A stretch of DNA of 64,000 bases from Dokdonella sp. (GCF_019634775.1 NZ_JAHCAS010000001.1:1616894-1680893); one strand, 5' to 3'. Shown: positions 9,748-19,131, counted from the first letter of the stretch. A program made the numbers and translations. The notes: generated by a model not told the origin, from the letters alone.

Positions 9748-11613
9748 ATGCACAAGGAACCCATCATCGGCATGCAGGACGCATCGACCCTTGCTCGCCC
9801 GACTTCGTCGCTCGCCGCCCGTTTGCTCGCCTGGGGCGTGGCTGCCGTCGCCGCAGCCTGGATTCTGGCGACGCTGCTGGTGATCGTCGAGTTCGGCCTG
9901 CGCTATCCGGCCTTCGACCAGTTCAGGCTGTATCCGCTCTATCTCGGCCTGGCGTTCCCGGATTCGGCGATCCAACTCGAGAACGGCCATCGTCCCGTCC
10001 TGCCTGCGCTGGTGCGACTGCTCGAAGTCCAGTGGTTCGGCGCCAACCAGCAGCTGCAACTCGGTGTCGGCATTGCGCTGGTGCTGGCAACGGTCGCCCT
10101 GATCGGCCTCGCCGGACGGCGTGATGGTCGAACCGCCCTGCGTGGCTCGACCGCCTGGCTGCTCGCCGTCCTCGCGGTGCTTTGGCTCGGCAACGCGCGC
10201 ATGCTCATCCATGGCAACGAACTCGTCCACGCCTACCTGGTAACGAGCTTCACCGTGCTGAGCCTGTGGGCCGTGCATGCCGCGACACTCGGCCGGCCGC
10301 TGCGCTGGATGCTCGTGGCTGGCCTGTGCGCGTCTGGCGCGGCTTTCAGTTTCGGCTCCGGCATGGCGGCGTTTGTCGCTCTGTTCTTCACCGCTGCCGC
10401 CGGCCGCGTGGCGTGGCGGGCATGGCTCGCGCCATTGGCCCTGTTCCTGGCCGCGATCGGGCTCTACCTGGCCGGCATGCCGGGCGACTCGGGGGTGCGC
10501 AACTCCCTGTTGCTGTCACCGCTGGACAACGTCGTCGTCGGCCTGCGCTGGTTGTCGGCCCCGTGGATGCATGCCTGGCTCGGCTATGCCAATCCGGCGA
10601 TGTTCCCGTTCGTACCGACGCCGGCCGAACCGGCGAACCTCGTCGAAGCTGCGCTGCGCGGCAGTGCCGGCTTCGTGCATTCCATGCTCGGTACGCACGC
10701 GTTTCGGATCGAGGGCATCGTGATCGGTGCCGCCGCTGTGGCGGCGTGGCTGGCCTGCCTGTGGCATGTGCGCCGGCACGAGGTTTGGCGCGGGCGCCTG
10801 GTCGCCTTCGGCCTGGCCACGTTCGGCCTCGCCGTCGGCGCGACGATCTGCCTGGCCAGGCTGGCCCATTTCAAGACCAGCCCCGGCGACGTGCTGGCCG
10901 AGCGTTACCTGCCGTGGAGCTGCCTGTTCTGGCTCGGACTTGCGCTGTATGCGCTGGCAGCGCCACGTCGACCATCGCCGCGCCGCGATGTGATCGCCGC
11001 CATGTTCGCCGTCGCGCTGGCCGTGATGCTGTATCCGAGCCATCTCTGGTGGGTCGGCTGGGCCGCCGCCGTGAATCGCATCAACAACGCCTCGGCCGTG
11101 GCGGCGCAGATGGGGATATGGGACCCCGAACGTTTCCCCGACGGCCCTGACGCGCGCAAGGCCGACGTGTTGCGCTCGCTCGAACTGATGCGCGAGCGCC
11201 GGCTGTCGATGTTCGGCGAGCCCGGTTACGCACTGTGGTCGTCGCAGTGGCGGGAGCCGGCGTTGCTGCTGCCGCCGCAGTCGGGGCTGTGGCTGCACGC
11301 GATGTCGGAGTTCCGCAACGACGACGGTCGCCGCGTCGTGCGCATCGAAGGCGTCCTGCCGCGGTCGGGTCCGTTGCCGCAGGACGCGGTGATCGCCCTT
11401 GTCGCTGCCGGCGGCGGCTTGCGCGGCATGGCCAAGCCGAGCTTCTTCGAACCTGACGAAACGCTTCCACGACGGATCACCGGCCTGCGCCCGGGTTTCG
11501 ATGGCTACCTCATCGATCCGCAACCGGGCGAGACCTTCGAGCTGCTGATCATCGCAGCCGATGCGCAGACTGCGCTCGTGCGCTTCCCGATTCCGCAGGG
11601 TGCGATACCCTGA
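9748..11613 (+). CDS. Polytopic integral membrane protein, family not recognised
   Basis: ORF 9700..11613, with TTG at 9700 and ATGs at 9748 and 9772, so the start is uncertain. It has many hydrophobic segments (LAARLLAWGVAAVAAAWILATLLVIV, WLLAVLAVLWLG, MLVAGLCASGAAFSFGSGMAAFVALFF ...) followed by a ~170-aa soluble tail. It is divergent from the ndvB-like gene. Codon third positions are GC-rich. Confidence 0.7.
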   Translation: MHKEPIIGMQDASTLARPTSSLAARLLAWGVAAVAAAWILATLLVIVEFGLRYPAFDQFRLYPLYLGLAFPDSAIQLENGHRPVLPALVRLLEVQWFGANQQLQLGVGIALVLATVALIGLAGRRDGRTALRGSTAWLLAVLAVLWLGNARMLIHGNELVHAYLVTSFTVLSLWAVHAATLGRPLRWMLVAGLCASGAAFSFGSGMAAFVALFFTAAAGRVAWRAWLAPLALFLAAIGLYLAGMPGDSGVRNSLLLSPLDNVVVGLRWLSAPWMHAWLGYANPAMFPFVPTPAEPANLVEAALRGSAGFVHSMLGTHAFRIEGIVIGAAAVAAWLACLWHVRRHEVWRGRLVAFGLATFGLAVGATICLARLAHFKTSPGDVLAERYLPWSCLFWLGLALYALAAPRRPSPRRDVIAAMFAVALAVMLYPSHLWWVGWAAAVNRINNASAVAAQMGIWDPERFPDGPDARKADVLRSLELMRERRLSMFGEPGYALWSSQWREPALLLPPQSGLWLHAMSEFRNDDGRRVVRIEGVLPRSGPLPQDAVIALVAAGGGLRGMAKPSFFEPDETLPRRITGLRPGFDGYLIDPQPGETFELLIIAADAQTALVRFPIPQGAIP

Positions 11614-11639
11614 CCGGACGTTCACCGCTACACTCCGCG

Positions 11640-11996
11640 GCGGAGTCGGCCAGGCAGTCGCGTCACGCATTGCGTGCCGAGGAAAGTCCGGGCTCCACAG
11701 GGCAAGGTGCCAGGTAACGCCTGGGCGGCGCGAGCCGACGGAAAGTGCAACAGAGAGCAGACAGCCGAACGGCATCGCAAGATGTGCGTGGTGATGGTGA
11801 AACGGTGCGGTAAGAGCGCACCGCGTGCGGGGCCAACGCCGCACGGCACGGCAAACCCCACCTGGAGCAAGACCGAATAGGGGAGTCATGACGTTGCCCG
11901 CGTCGCTCCCGGGTTGGTCGCTCGAGCCCTGCGGCGACGCAGGGCCCAGAGGAATGACTGTCCACGACAGAACCCGGCTTATCGGCCGACTCCTTC
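11640..11996 (+). ncRNA. rnpB: RNase P RNA, bacterial type A
   Basis: Contains the universal GAGGAAAGTCCGGGCTCCACAGGGCA block (11679 onward) and the ACAGAACCCGGCTTATCGGCC 3' block. The P1 helix pairs GGAGTCGGCC (11642-11651) with GGCCGACTCC (11984-11993). A T-run (CTTCTTTTTT) follows. Confidence 0.95.
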
Positions 11997-12002
11997 TTTT
12001 TT

Positions 12003-12088
12003 GGGAAATAGGGAATAGGGAATGGTAGAAGCGGGAATCTCTTCCTGCGTTGGCTCTATTCATTCCCCGTTCCCCGTTCTCCATTCCC
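12003..12088. repeat. Inverted clusters of GGGAA(T/A) / (A/T)TTCCC motifs between rnpB and gspL
   Basis: The left cluster is GGGAAATAGGGAATAGGGAATGG (12003-12025), with GCGGGAAT further in. The right cluster is CATTCCCCGTTCCCCGTTCTCCATTCCC (12061-12088). GGGAATGG (12018-25) is the exact reverse complement of CCATTCCC (12081-88). Confidence 0.6.
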
Positions 12089-12110
12089 GGCTTCTCATAC
12101 AATGCCCCGC

Positions 12111-13301
12111 ATGTCCGAACGCCTCCTCATCCGCCTCGCCAGTGACGGCCGCCTGACCTGGCGACGCCTGGCGGTGGACGCGCGGGCGTCGCATGCGAGC
12201 GCGCAGGGCAAGCCGCCTGCAGCCGTGCTCGCCGCAGCCGAGGAGGTCATCGTGCTGGTGCCGGCCGAGGATGTGCTGCTGACCCAGGCGAAGATCGGCG
12301 CACGCAATCGCACGCAGCTGCTGCAGGCCGTGCCGTACGCGGTCGAGGAAAACCTGCTCGGCAATGTCGAGGACCTGCATTTCGCCGCCGTGCCGATGGC
12401 CGATGGCGATACCGGCATCGCCGTGGTTGCGCGCGCCCGCCTGCGCGAATGGATCGAGCGTCTCGCAGCCGACGGCATCCGCGCCGATGTCATGCTGCCG
12501 GAATCGCTGGCCCTGGCGCCGGCCAGCCTGCTCGTCGAGGACGGTCGCGTGATCGCGCGGCTGGCGCCATGGACCGCATTCGCCTGCCCGTTGGGGGACG
12601 CGACCAATTGGCTTGCACGGGTGCGCGACGCCGGCTTCGACACGCCGCTAGACGTGCATGTCGTCGGCGAGGACACGGCACCGGTACCGATCCAGGCGGT
12701 CGACCTGCGCACCCAGGTCGGTGTCGGCGATGCGCTCGCCTTCTTCGCCCGCCAACTCGGCGCACCGACGCTCAACCTGCTGCATGGCGAGTTCGCCGGT
12801 CGCCAGCGCCAGGCGCGCGGCCAGCGCTGGTGGTGGCGCGCGGCGGCTCTCGCCGCCGCCGTGGTCGTCATGGCCTTCGCGCATCGCATCGTCGAGGTCG
12901 TGCAGCTCGGTCGCAGCCTCGATCGCATCGAGGCGGCCAGCGCGGCCAGCCTTGCCGAAACCTTTCCCGACCTCGGCGCGGCCGAACGCGCGCGTCCGCC
13001 GGAACTGGTCATGCGCGCGCGCCTCGAAGGCCTGCGCGGTGGCGATGCCTCGAGTGGCCTGTTGCGCCTGCTCGGTCGCATCGCGCCGATCCTCGGCGCG
13101 ACCACGCGCGTGCAGTTGCGCGGCCTCGAGTTCCGCAACGAGATGCTCGAGATCAACCTGCGCGCACCTGATGTACAGACACTCGACAGCATCCGCGAGC
13201 AGGTTGCCGCCACGCCCGGCCTCGGCGCCGAACTGACCGCGACCAACCCGATCGACAACGCGACCGATGGTCGCCTGCGCATCCGTGCGGTGGCGCCATG
13301 A
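12111..13301 (+). CDS. gspL: Type II secretion system protein L
   Basis: ORF 12102..13301; the ATG at 12111 gives MSERLLIRLASDG.., a typical GspL N-terminus. It has a cytoplasmic domain, then NLLHGEFAGRQRQARGQRWWWRAAALAAAVVVMAF (TM), then a periplasmic domain. It is followed by gspM with an ATGA overlap. Confidence 0.8.
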   Translation: MSERLLIRLASDGRLTWRRLAVDARASHASAQGKPPAAVLAAAEEVIVLVPAEDVLLTQAKIGARNRTQLLQAVPYAVEENLLGNVEDLHFAAVPMADGDTGIAVVARARLREWIERLAADGIRADVMLPESLALAPASLLVEDGRVIARLAPWTAFACPLGDATNWLARVRDAGFDTPLDVHVVGEDTAPVPIQAVDLRTQVGVGDALAFFARQLGAPTLNLLHGEFAGRQRQARGQRWWWRAAALAAAVVVMAFAHRIVEVVQLGRSLDRIEAASAASLAETFPDLGAAERARPPELVMRARLEGLRGGDASSGLLRLLGRIAPILGATTRVQLRGLEFRNEMLEINLRAPDVQTLDSIREQVAATPGLGAELTATNPIDNATDGRLRIRAVAP

Positions 13302-13789
13302 TCGCGACCTGGTGGCAGGCACAGAGCGCACGCGACCAGCGCATCCTCAAGATCGGCGCGGTGGTCGTTGTCGGCGTGCTGTTGTGGGCATTTGCCTGGC
13401 ATCCACTCGGTGTCGAGCGCGACCTGCGCAGCGAGCGCCTCGACCAGGCGCGCCGCGAGCTCGCCTTCGTGCGCGCCTCGGCGGCCGAAATCGCACGCCT
13501 GCGCAACGCAGGCACGCAGACGCGTGCCGACCGCCAGGGGAAGTCGCTGCTCGCCCTGGCCGATGCCAGCGCGCGCAGTGGCGGCCTCGATGGCGTGCTC
13601 AAGCGCATCGAGCCGGTCGGCCCACGCAGCGTGCGCGCCGGCTTCGAGTTCGCCGCCTTCGACACGATCATCGATTGGATCGAACGCCTCGCCCGCGAAC
13701 ATGGCGTGCAGGTTTCGGATTTCTCGGCCGACCGCATCGACTCGAGCGGCCTCGTCAACGCCCGCGTAACGCTCGAGGATGTACCTTGA
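13298..13789 (+). CDS. gspM: Type II secretion system protein M
   Basis: 163 aa with a single N-terminal TM (ILKIGAVVVVGVLLWAFAW). Its size and its position between gspL and gspN fit GspM. There is a 4-nt overlap with the gspL stop. Confidence 0.75.
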   Translation: MIATWWQAQSARDQRILKIGAVVVVGVLLWAFAWHPLGVERDLRSERLDQARRELAFVRASAAEIARLRNAGTQTRADRQGKSLLALADASARSGGLDGVLKRIEPVGPRSVRAGFEFAAFDTIIDWIERLAREHGVQVSDFSADRIDSSGLVNARVTLEDVP

Positions 13790-13829
13790 GCATCGTGCAT
13801 TTTCCCGCCTTCGCCTCGCCCAAGAACCG

Positions 13830-14600
13830 ATGATGAAACTGATCAAGTGGCTGTTTGCCCTGCTCGTGCTGGCCCTGGTGGTTGCTGTCGTGGTCGCGTG
13901 GACGATGCCGGCCGACGTGGCTTGGCGCTACATCGCGCCGAAGGCCGGTCCGATCAGCCTGGTCGGCGTGCGCGGCACGGTCTGGGACGGTCACGCCGAT
14001 GGCATCAGCGTGTTCGGCCGCGATCTCGGCGAACTCGACTGGCGCATCGACAAGGCGCCGCTGCTGAGCCGCCGGGTGGTCGCCGACCTGCGCATCAAGG
14101 GTGCCGACATCGACGGTTCCGGCGTGCTCGAACGTACCGGAAGCGGTCGCATCGAGGCGCGTGACGTGCGTTTCCGCGTGCCGGCCGCACTGTTCGCGCC
14201 GGCGCTCGACATCCCCTCGCTGAGCCTGCTCGGTGCGGTCACCGGCACCTTCAGCAAGGCCACCTTCGCCGATGGTCGCGTCAGCGATGCCGCGGGCACG
14301 GCGCGCTGGACCGAGGCCGGTGTCAGCGGCAGCGCCGAGGCGCGCTTCTCCGACATCCTCGCCGATTTCGCTTCCAGGCCGGATGGCAGCATCGCCGGCA
14401 CGCTCGCAGACGACGGGCGCGGCGATCTCGCGGTCGAAGGCCGCTTTTCCGTGTCACCCGCCGGATTCGATGCCGAGGCCTTCCTGTCCGCGCGCAACGA
14501 CGATGTGCGCGTAAGCGAGGCCTTGCGCTACATCGGCCAGCCGCAAGCGGATGGTTCCTCGCACCTGGTCATCCGTGGCGAGCTGTTCAAGCTGTTCTGA
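13830..14600 (+). CDS. gspN: Type II secretion system protein N
   Basis: ORF 13779..14600. The start is placed at MMKLIKWLFALLVLALVVAVVVAW (ATG 13830). It is ~256 aa with one N-terminal TM. Position after gspM and size are consistent with GspN/XpsN. Confidence 0.65.
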   Translation: MMKLIKWLFALLVLALVVAVVVAWTMPADVAWRYIAPKAGPISLVGVRGTVWDGHADGISVFGRDLGELDWRIDKAPLLSRRVVADLRIKGADIDGSGVLERTGSGRIEARDVRFRVPAALFAPALDIPSLSLLGAVTGTFSKATFADGRVSDAAGTARWTEAGVSGSAEARFSDILADFASRPDGSIAGTLADDGRGDLAVEGRFSVSPAGFDAEAFLSARNDDVRVSEALRYIGQPQADGSSHLVIRGELFKLF

Positions 14601-15403
14601 TGACTCTCGCACGCACCTTTCTCGACCGTGCCCTCGTCGCCGCGCACACCGCCGCCGATGCCGCCGAGGTCGGCATCCGCGCGCACTACCGCGCGCGTGA
14701 CTTTGCCGTCGAGACCAAGGCCGATGCCACGCCGGTGACCGAAGCCGACCGCGAGGCCGAGGCGGCGATCAAGCGCGTGCTGCGCGCGGCGTTTCCCGGC
14801 CATGCCTACTACGGCGAGGAGGAAGGCCGCGAAGGCGACAGCGACTTTCTCTGGCTGATCGACCCGATCGACGGCACGAAGTCGTTCGTGCGTGGCTATC
14901 CGTTCTTCTCGACCCAGATCGCGCTGATGCACGAAGGCGAACTCGTGCTCGGCGTGTCGGCGGCCGGCGAATACGGCGAACGCACCTGGGCGACGCGTGG
15001 CGGTGGCGCTTTCCTCGGCACGAACGGGCGCGACGGGCGCGCGATCCGAGTATCCGGTGCGCGCGAACTCGGTCCGGCGACAGCGATCTCGACCGGCAAC
15101 CTCAAGTCGCTGGCCTGCGATCCGCGGCGCTGGAACGCACTCGCCGGCCTCGTCGCACGCAGCGGTCGCATCCGCGGCTACGGCGATTTCCTGCACTACC
15201 ACCTGCTCGCCCGCGGCGCGATCGACCTCGTCATCGAATCCGACCTCAACATCCTCGACGTAGCCCCGCTCGTCGTCGTCGTGCGCGAAGCCGGCGGCGT
15301 GTTTACCGCCCTCGATGGCGGCAAGGTCGATCTTTCACTCTCGAGTGCGCTTGCGGGGCCGCCGGGGTTGCATGGTTTGGCGCTCGAGGCGCTCGCCGCG
15401 TAG
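14600..15403 (+). CDS. Inositol monophosphatase family protein (SuhB/HisN-like)
   Basis: 267 aa with the motifs ..TEADREAE.. and WLIDPIDGTKSF, which are IMPase metal-binding signatures. Its ATG overlaps the gspN stop (TGATG). Confidence 0.85.
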   Translation: MTLARTFLDRALVAAHTAADAAEVGIRAHYRARDFAVETKADATPVTEADREAEAAIKRVLRAAFPGHAYYGEEEGREGDSDFLWLIDPIDGTKSFVRGYPFFSTQIALMHEGELVLGVSAAGEYGERTWATRGGGAFLGTNGRDGRAIRVSGARELGPATAISTGNLKSLACDPRRWNALAGLVARSGRIRGYGDFLHYHLLARGAIDLVIESDLNILDVAPLVVVVREAGGVFTALDGGKVDLSLSSALAGPPGLHGLALEALAA

Positions 15404-15470
15404 GAGCCCCTTCAGGGGCGATGCTTCTTCTTTGCATCGCGCCGAAAAACATCGCCCTTGAAGGGGCTCC
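15403..15470. repeat. REP-like hairpin (21-nt arms, 20/21 complementary)
   Basis: GGAGCCCCTTCAGGGGCGATG (15403-15423) pairs with CATCGCCCTTGAAGGGGCTCC (15450-15470). The single mismatch is G:T. Each arm has an internal CCCCT/AGGGG palindrome. It lies just after the IMPase stop and could act as a terminator or insulator. Confidence 0.7.
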
Positions 15471-15575
15471 TGCGGGAGGCTGTGGCTTCCCTCCAACCCC
15501 GCATGCGATGCATCTTCGTTGCATGCCACCACGACGGGCCGCGCCGCGGTTCGCATTTCCAGGGAAGCCTTGCCG

Positions 15576-18530
15576 ATGAGCCTGCCTTCGATCCTTTCCG
15601 TGCGGGTGCGTGCGTTGTTGTTGACGCTCCTCTTCGTAGCCTCCGTGCCGCTGCATGCCGTATCGATCGTCGCGCCACCGCCGCCGCGGGTCGAGCTGCG
15701 CGACGGGGGTGAGCCGGTCGCGCTGCGTGACCTCGACGTGCGCGCCGAAATCGTCGGCGGACTCGCGCGCACGCGCGTCGAGATGGTGTTCGTCAATCCG
15801 AACGCGCGCGTGCTCGAAGGCGAACTCGTGTTCCCGCTGCTGGATGGTCAGGCGGTCGACGGTTTCGCGCTCGACATCGACGGCGTGCTGCGCGATGCCG
15901 TGCCGGTCGAGAAGGCCAGAGGCAAGCAGGTGTTCGAGGACACGATCCGCCGGCGCGTCGATCCGGCCCTGCTCGAAACGGCCGGCGGCAACGTGTTCCG
16001 CCTGCGTGTGTATCCGTTGCCGGCCAAGGGCACGCGCCGCGTGGTGGTCTGGATCAGCGAGGCGCTGGAAGGCCGCGACGGCCAGTGGTCGTACCGTTAT
16101 CCGCTCGCCCAGGCCAACAAGCTGGCTTCGTTCGCGCTCGAGATCGACGTGGCAAACGCGGCGCAGAAGCCGGTGCTGACGCGTGCCGACGGCCTCGACG
16201 GTGCGCTGAAACTCGCAGCGGTCGGCACGCGCTACCGCGCCACGGTCCGCCGCAATGATTTCGTCGCGCGCGGCTGGGTCGAACTCGCCGTGCCTGATGG
16301 TGGTGCCGACACACCGGCGCCGGCGTTGGTCGAACGTTGGAACGGCGCACGTTACCTGTATGCCGATCTGCCGCTCGCACTGCCGCGCCTTGCACGCAGG
16401 CCGGCGTCGCGTGTCGGTCTGGTGTGGGACAGCTCCGCCTCCGCACGACAGCGCGACCACGCGGCCGAGTTCAGCCTGCTCGATGCGTATTTCAGGGAGA
16501 TGCGCAATGGTGAGGTTGCGCTCGTGCGCGTGCGCGACGTGGTCGAGGATGGTGGCCGCTACACGATCCGCGACGGCGACTGGCAGGCCCTCAAGCGTGC
16601 CCTGCAGGAAACCGTCTACGACGGTGCGACCAACCTCGCCGCCTGGAAGATCGACGCCACGCTCGACGAAATCCTCGTGTTCACCGACGGCCACGCCAAC
16701 TACGGCACCGGCGTGCTGCCGGCCGGCCTCGACCAAGCCAAGGCACGCATCATCCCGGTCAACGCCTCGGCCTCGTCGGATCGTGCCGTGCTGCGCCGGC
16801 TCGCGCGGGATGGCGTCGTGGTCGATCTCACGCGCGGCCTCGAGGCGGCAAGCGGCGCGCTGCTGACGACGACGGCGACGATCCTCGCGATCGAGGCGGC
16901 CGGCGATGCCGACATCGTCGCCGATGCCGAAGCCTGGTCGCGCGGTCGTCTGCGCCTGCACGGCCGCATTACCGGCGAACCGCCGCGCGAGTTGCGCGTG
17001 CGCGTGCGTGAAGCGATCCGCGGGGAGCGCGTGGTGAACATTCCGCTGGCTGCGGCGGTCGAGGCGGAGCCGGGATCGGTACCGTTCGCGGCGCGACTGT
17101 GGGCGCGCCAGCGCATCGAACGCCTCGAAGGCGAACGCGGCCTGCATCGCGCCACGATCCGCCGCCTCGGCCTCGAGTTCGGCCTGGTCACACGCGAGAC
17201 CTCGCTGATCGTGCTCGACACCGTGGCCGACTACGCGCGCCACGGCATCGAGCCGCCGGCGCCGCTGCGCGGCGAATATCTCGCCCTGCGCGAGCGCGAG
17301 CAGGTGCGCGAGCGCAAGGACAGGGATGCCCACCTCGACACGATCGCCGCGCAGTATGCCGACAAGCTCGCATGGTGGAATCGCGACTTCCAGAAGACGA
17401 AGCCGCCGCTGCAGAAGGTTGCCGGGGAAGCGTATCGCCAGAGTCACGCGGTCCTCGCCGAGGCTGCGCCGATGGCCGCTGGCGCACCGCCACCGCCGCC
17501 TTCGCCGCCACCGTCCGCCGCGCCGGCGCGTGACGAGCAACGGCTGGAATCCGTGCAGGTCACGGGCAGCCGCATGCGTCGCGCCGATGTGGCCGCTGCC
17601 GCGCCCGGACAACCCGCGCCGGTCGAGGCCACGATCGCGTTGAAGAAATGGACGCCCGACGCGCCGTACATCGCGCGCCTGCGCGAAGCCGATGCCAAGG
17701 CGTTGTACGCGACCTATCTGGACGAGCGTGTGGACTGGCAGGACAGCAGCGCCTTCTACCTCGACGTCGCCGACCTGCTGTTCGAGCGCAAGCTCGATGC
17801 GCTGGCCCTGCGCGTGCTGTCGAATCTTGCCGAACTCGAGCTCGAGAACCGCCAGGTGCTGCGCATCCTCGGTTATCGCCTGCTGCAGGCGGACCAGGCC
17901 GCACTGGCCGTGCCGCTGTTCGAGGAGGTGCGTGAGCTGGCGCCGTTCGAGCCGCAGTCGTTCCGCGACCTTGGCCTGGCCTACGCCGCCGCCGGCACAA
18001 CGCAGAAGGCCGCCGACGCGCTGTACGAAGTCGCCGCGCGGCCGTGGGATCCGCGTTTCGCCGAAGTCGGCCTGATCGCGCTGACCGAGCTCAACGCGTT
18101 GATCGCGACGAAGGCCGGCATCGATACCGCGCGTTACGACGCGCGCCTGCTGCGCAACCTGCCGGTCGACCTGCGCGTGGTGCTGAGCTGGGACGCCGAC
18201 AACTCCGACATGGACCTCTGGGTCACCGACCCGCACGGCGAGCGCGCCTTCTACGGCCATCGCCTGACCCACCAGGGTGGACGCATGTCGGCCGACCTGA
18301 CCGCCGGCTACGGTCCCGAGGAGTTCATGCTCAAGCGCGCCATCCCGGGCACCTACAGGGTCGAAGTGAACTACTACGGCAACCGCCAGCAGGTCGTTTC
18401 GGGCACGGTCTCGCTGCGCCTCGCCTTCTTCACCGGCTTCGGCCGCCCCGGACAGCAGGAGCAGTCGGTGATCCTGCGTCTGCGCGACCAGCGCGAAACG
18501 GTGCTGGTCGGCGAGTTCGAGGTCAAATAG
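15576..18530 (+). CDS. Secreted VIT - von Willebrand A - TPR-like - DUF2135 multidomain protein
   Basis: ORF 15519..18530, with ATG 15576 and AGGGAAG 8 nt upstream. Signal peptide: MSLPSILSVRVRALLLTLLFVASVPLHA. The N-terminus is VIT-like (LRDLDVRAEIVGGLARTRVEMVFVNPN..GELVFPL). The vWA domain has a MIDAS start (VGLVWDSSASA ... VFTDGHANYG). A Pro-rich linker follows, and the C-terminus reads LRVVLSWDADNSDMDLWVTDPHGERAFYGH...YYGNRQQ, which I recall as DUF2135. Confidence 0.8.
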   Translation: MSLPSILSVRVRALLLTLLFVASVPLHAVSIVAPPPPRVELRDGGEPVALRDLDVRAEIVGGLARTRVEMVFVNPNARVLEGELVFPLLDGQAVDGFALDIDGVLRDAVPVEKARGKQVFEDTIRRRVDPALLETAGGNVFRLRVYPLPAKGTRRVVVWISEALEGRDGQWSYRYPLAQANKLASFALEIDVANAAQKPVLTRADGLDGALKLAAVGTRYRATVRRNDFVARGWVELAVPDGGADTPAPALVERWNGARYLYADLPLALPRLARRPASRVGLVWDSSASARQRDHAAEFSLLDAYFREMRNGEVALVRVRDVVEDGGRYTIRDGDWQALKRALQETVYDGATNLAAWKIDATLDEILVFTDGHANYGTGVLPAGLDQAKARIIPVNASASSDRAVLRRLARDGVVVDLTRGLEAASGALLTTTATILAIEAAGDADIVADAEAWSRGRLRLHGRITGEPPRELRVRVREAIRGERVVNIPLAAAVEAEPGSVPFAARLWARQRIERLEGERGLHRATIRRLGLEFGLVTRETSLIVLDTVADYARHGIEPPAPLRGEYLALREREQVRERKDRDAHLDTIAAQYADKLAWWNRDFQKTKPPLQKVAGEAYRQSHAVLAEAAPMAAGAPPPPPSPPPSAAPARDEQRLESVQVTGSRMRRADVAAAAPGQPAPVEATIALKKWTPDAPYIARLREADAKALYATYLDERVDWQDSSAFYLDVADLLFERKLDALALRVLSNLAELELENRQVLRILGYRLLQADQAALAVPLFEEVRELAPFEPQSFRDLGLAYAAAGTTQKAADALYEVAARPWDPRFAEVGLIALTELNALIATKAGIDTARYDARLLRNLPVDLRVVLSWDADNSDMDLWVTDPHGERAFYGHRLTHQGGRMSADLTAGYGPEEFMLKRAIPGTYRVEVNYYGNRQQVVSGTVSLRLAFFTGFGRPGQQEQSVILRLRDQRETVLVGEFEVK

Positions 18531-18579
18531 CCGCCCCATGCCGGTAAGATGCGTCGCATCTCGACCACGGAACGCAGGC

Positions 18580-19131
18580 ATGGCCGACCCGGTGAAGGCT
18601 CCGCTGAGCTACTCGGACATCCCCGAGCGCAACACGGCCGACAATGTGTTGCGCACGGCCCAGCAGCACCACGTGCAGTTGTCGGCGATGGCCGACACCA
18701 AGGCCAACATCATCATCACCGTGTCGTCGATCGTGCTGACTCTGTCGCTCGGTCGCGTCAACGACCCCGAGCTGCGCACCGGCGTGCTGATCCTCGCCGG
18801 TTTCACCTTGGTCGCCCTGCTGCTGGCGATCCTCGCCGTGCTGCCGAAGTACCGGCCGATCCGTCTCACGGACGAAACCCTGCCGCCGCATTTCAACCTG
18901 CTGTTCTTCGGCCATTTCGCCGAACTCTCGCGCGAGCGCTATCTGATCGAGATGAACCGCGTGCTGATGCCGGGCGGGGTGCCGTATGCGACCTGGGTGG
19001 CCGACATCTATTCGCTCGGCACCTATCTGCGCCGCCACAAGTACCGCTACCTTCGCTACAGCTACCTGTTCTTTCTCGCCGGTTTCGTGCTGGCCTGTCT
19101 CGAACAGGGTTGGCGTTTGCTCGCCCATTGA
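18580..19131 (+). CDS. Small 3-TM membrane protein, DUF5706 / PycTM (Pycsar-effector-like) resemblance
   Basis: ORF 18538..19131; the start may be ATG 18580 or 18538. The segment AQQHHVQLSAMADTKANIIITVSSIVLTLSL, plus the hydrophobic stretches GVLILAGFTLVALLLAILAVL and YLFFLAGFVLACL, resembles the DUF5706/PycTM family as I remember it. This is not verified by a profile search. Confidence 0.6.
   Translation: MADPVKAPLSYSDIPERNTADNVLRTAQQHHVQLSAMADTKANIIITVSSIVLTLSLGRVNDPELRTGVLILAGFTLVALLLAILAVLPKYRPIRLTDETLPPHFNLLFFGHFAELSRERYLIEMNRVLMPGGVPYATWVADIYSLGTYLRRHKYRYLRYSYLFFLAGFVLACLEQGWRLLAH

Noticed and set aside
7887-9773. 628-aa minus-strand ORF overlapping the ndvB-like gene in another frame.
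   Set aside because: It is extremely Arg/Pro-rich (RRRAR.. runs). The alternative frame gives clear GH17 and GT2 motifs.
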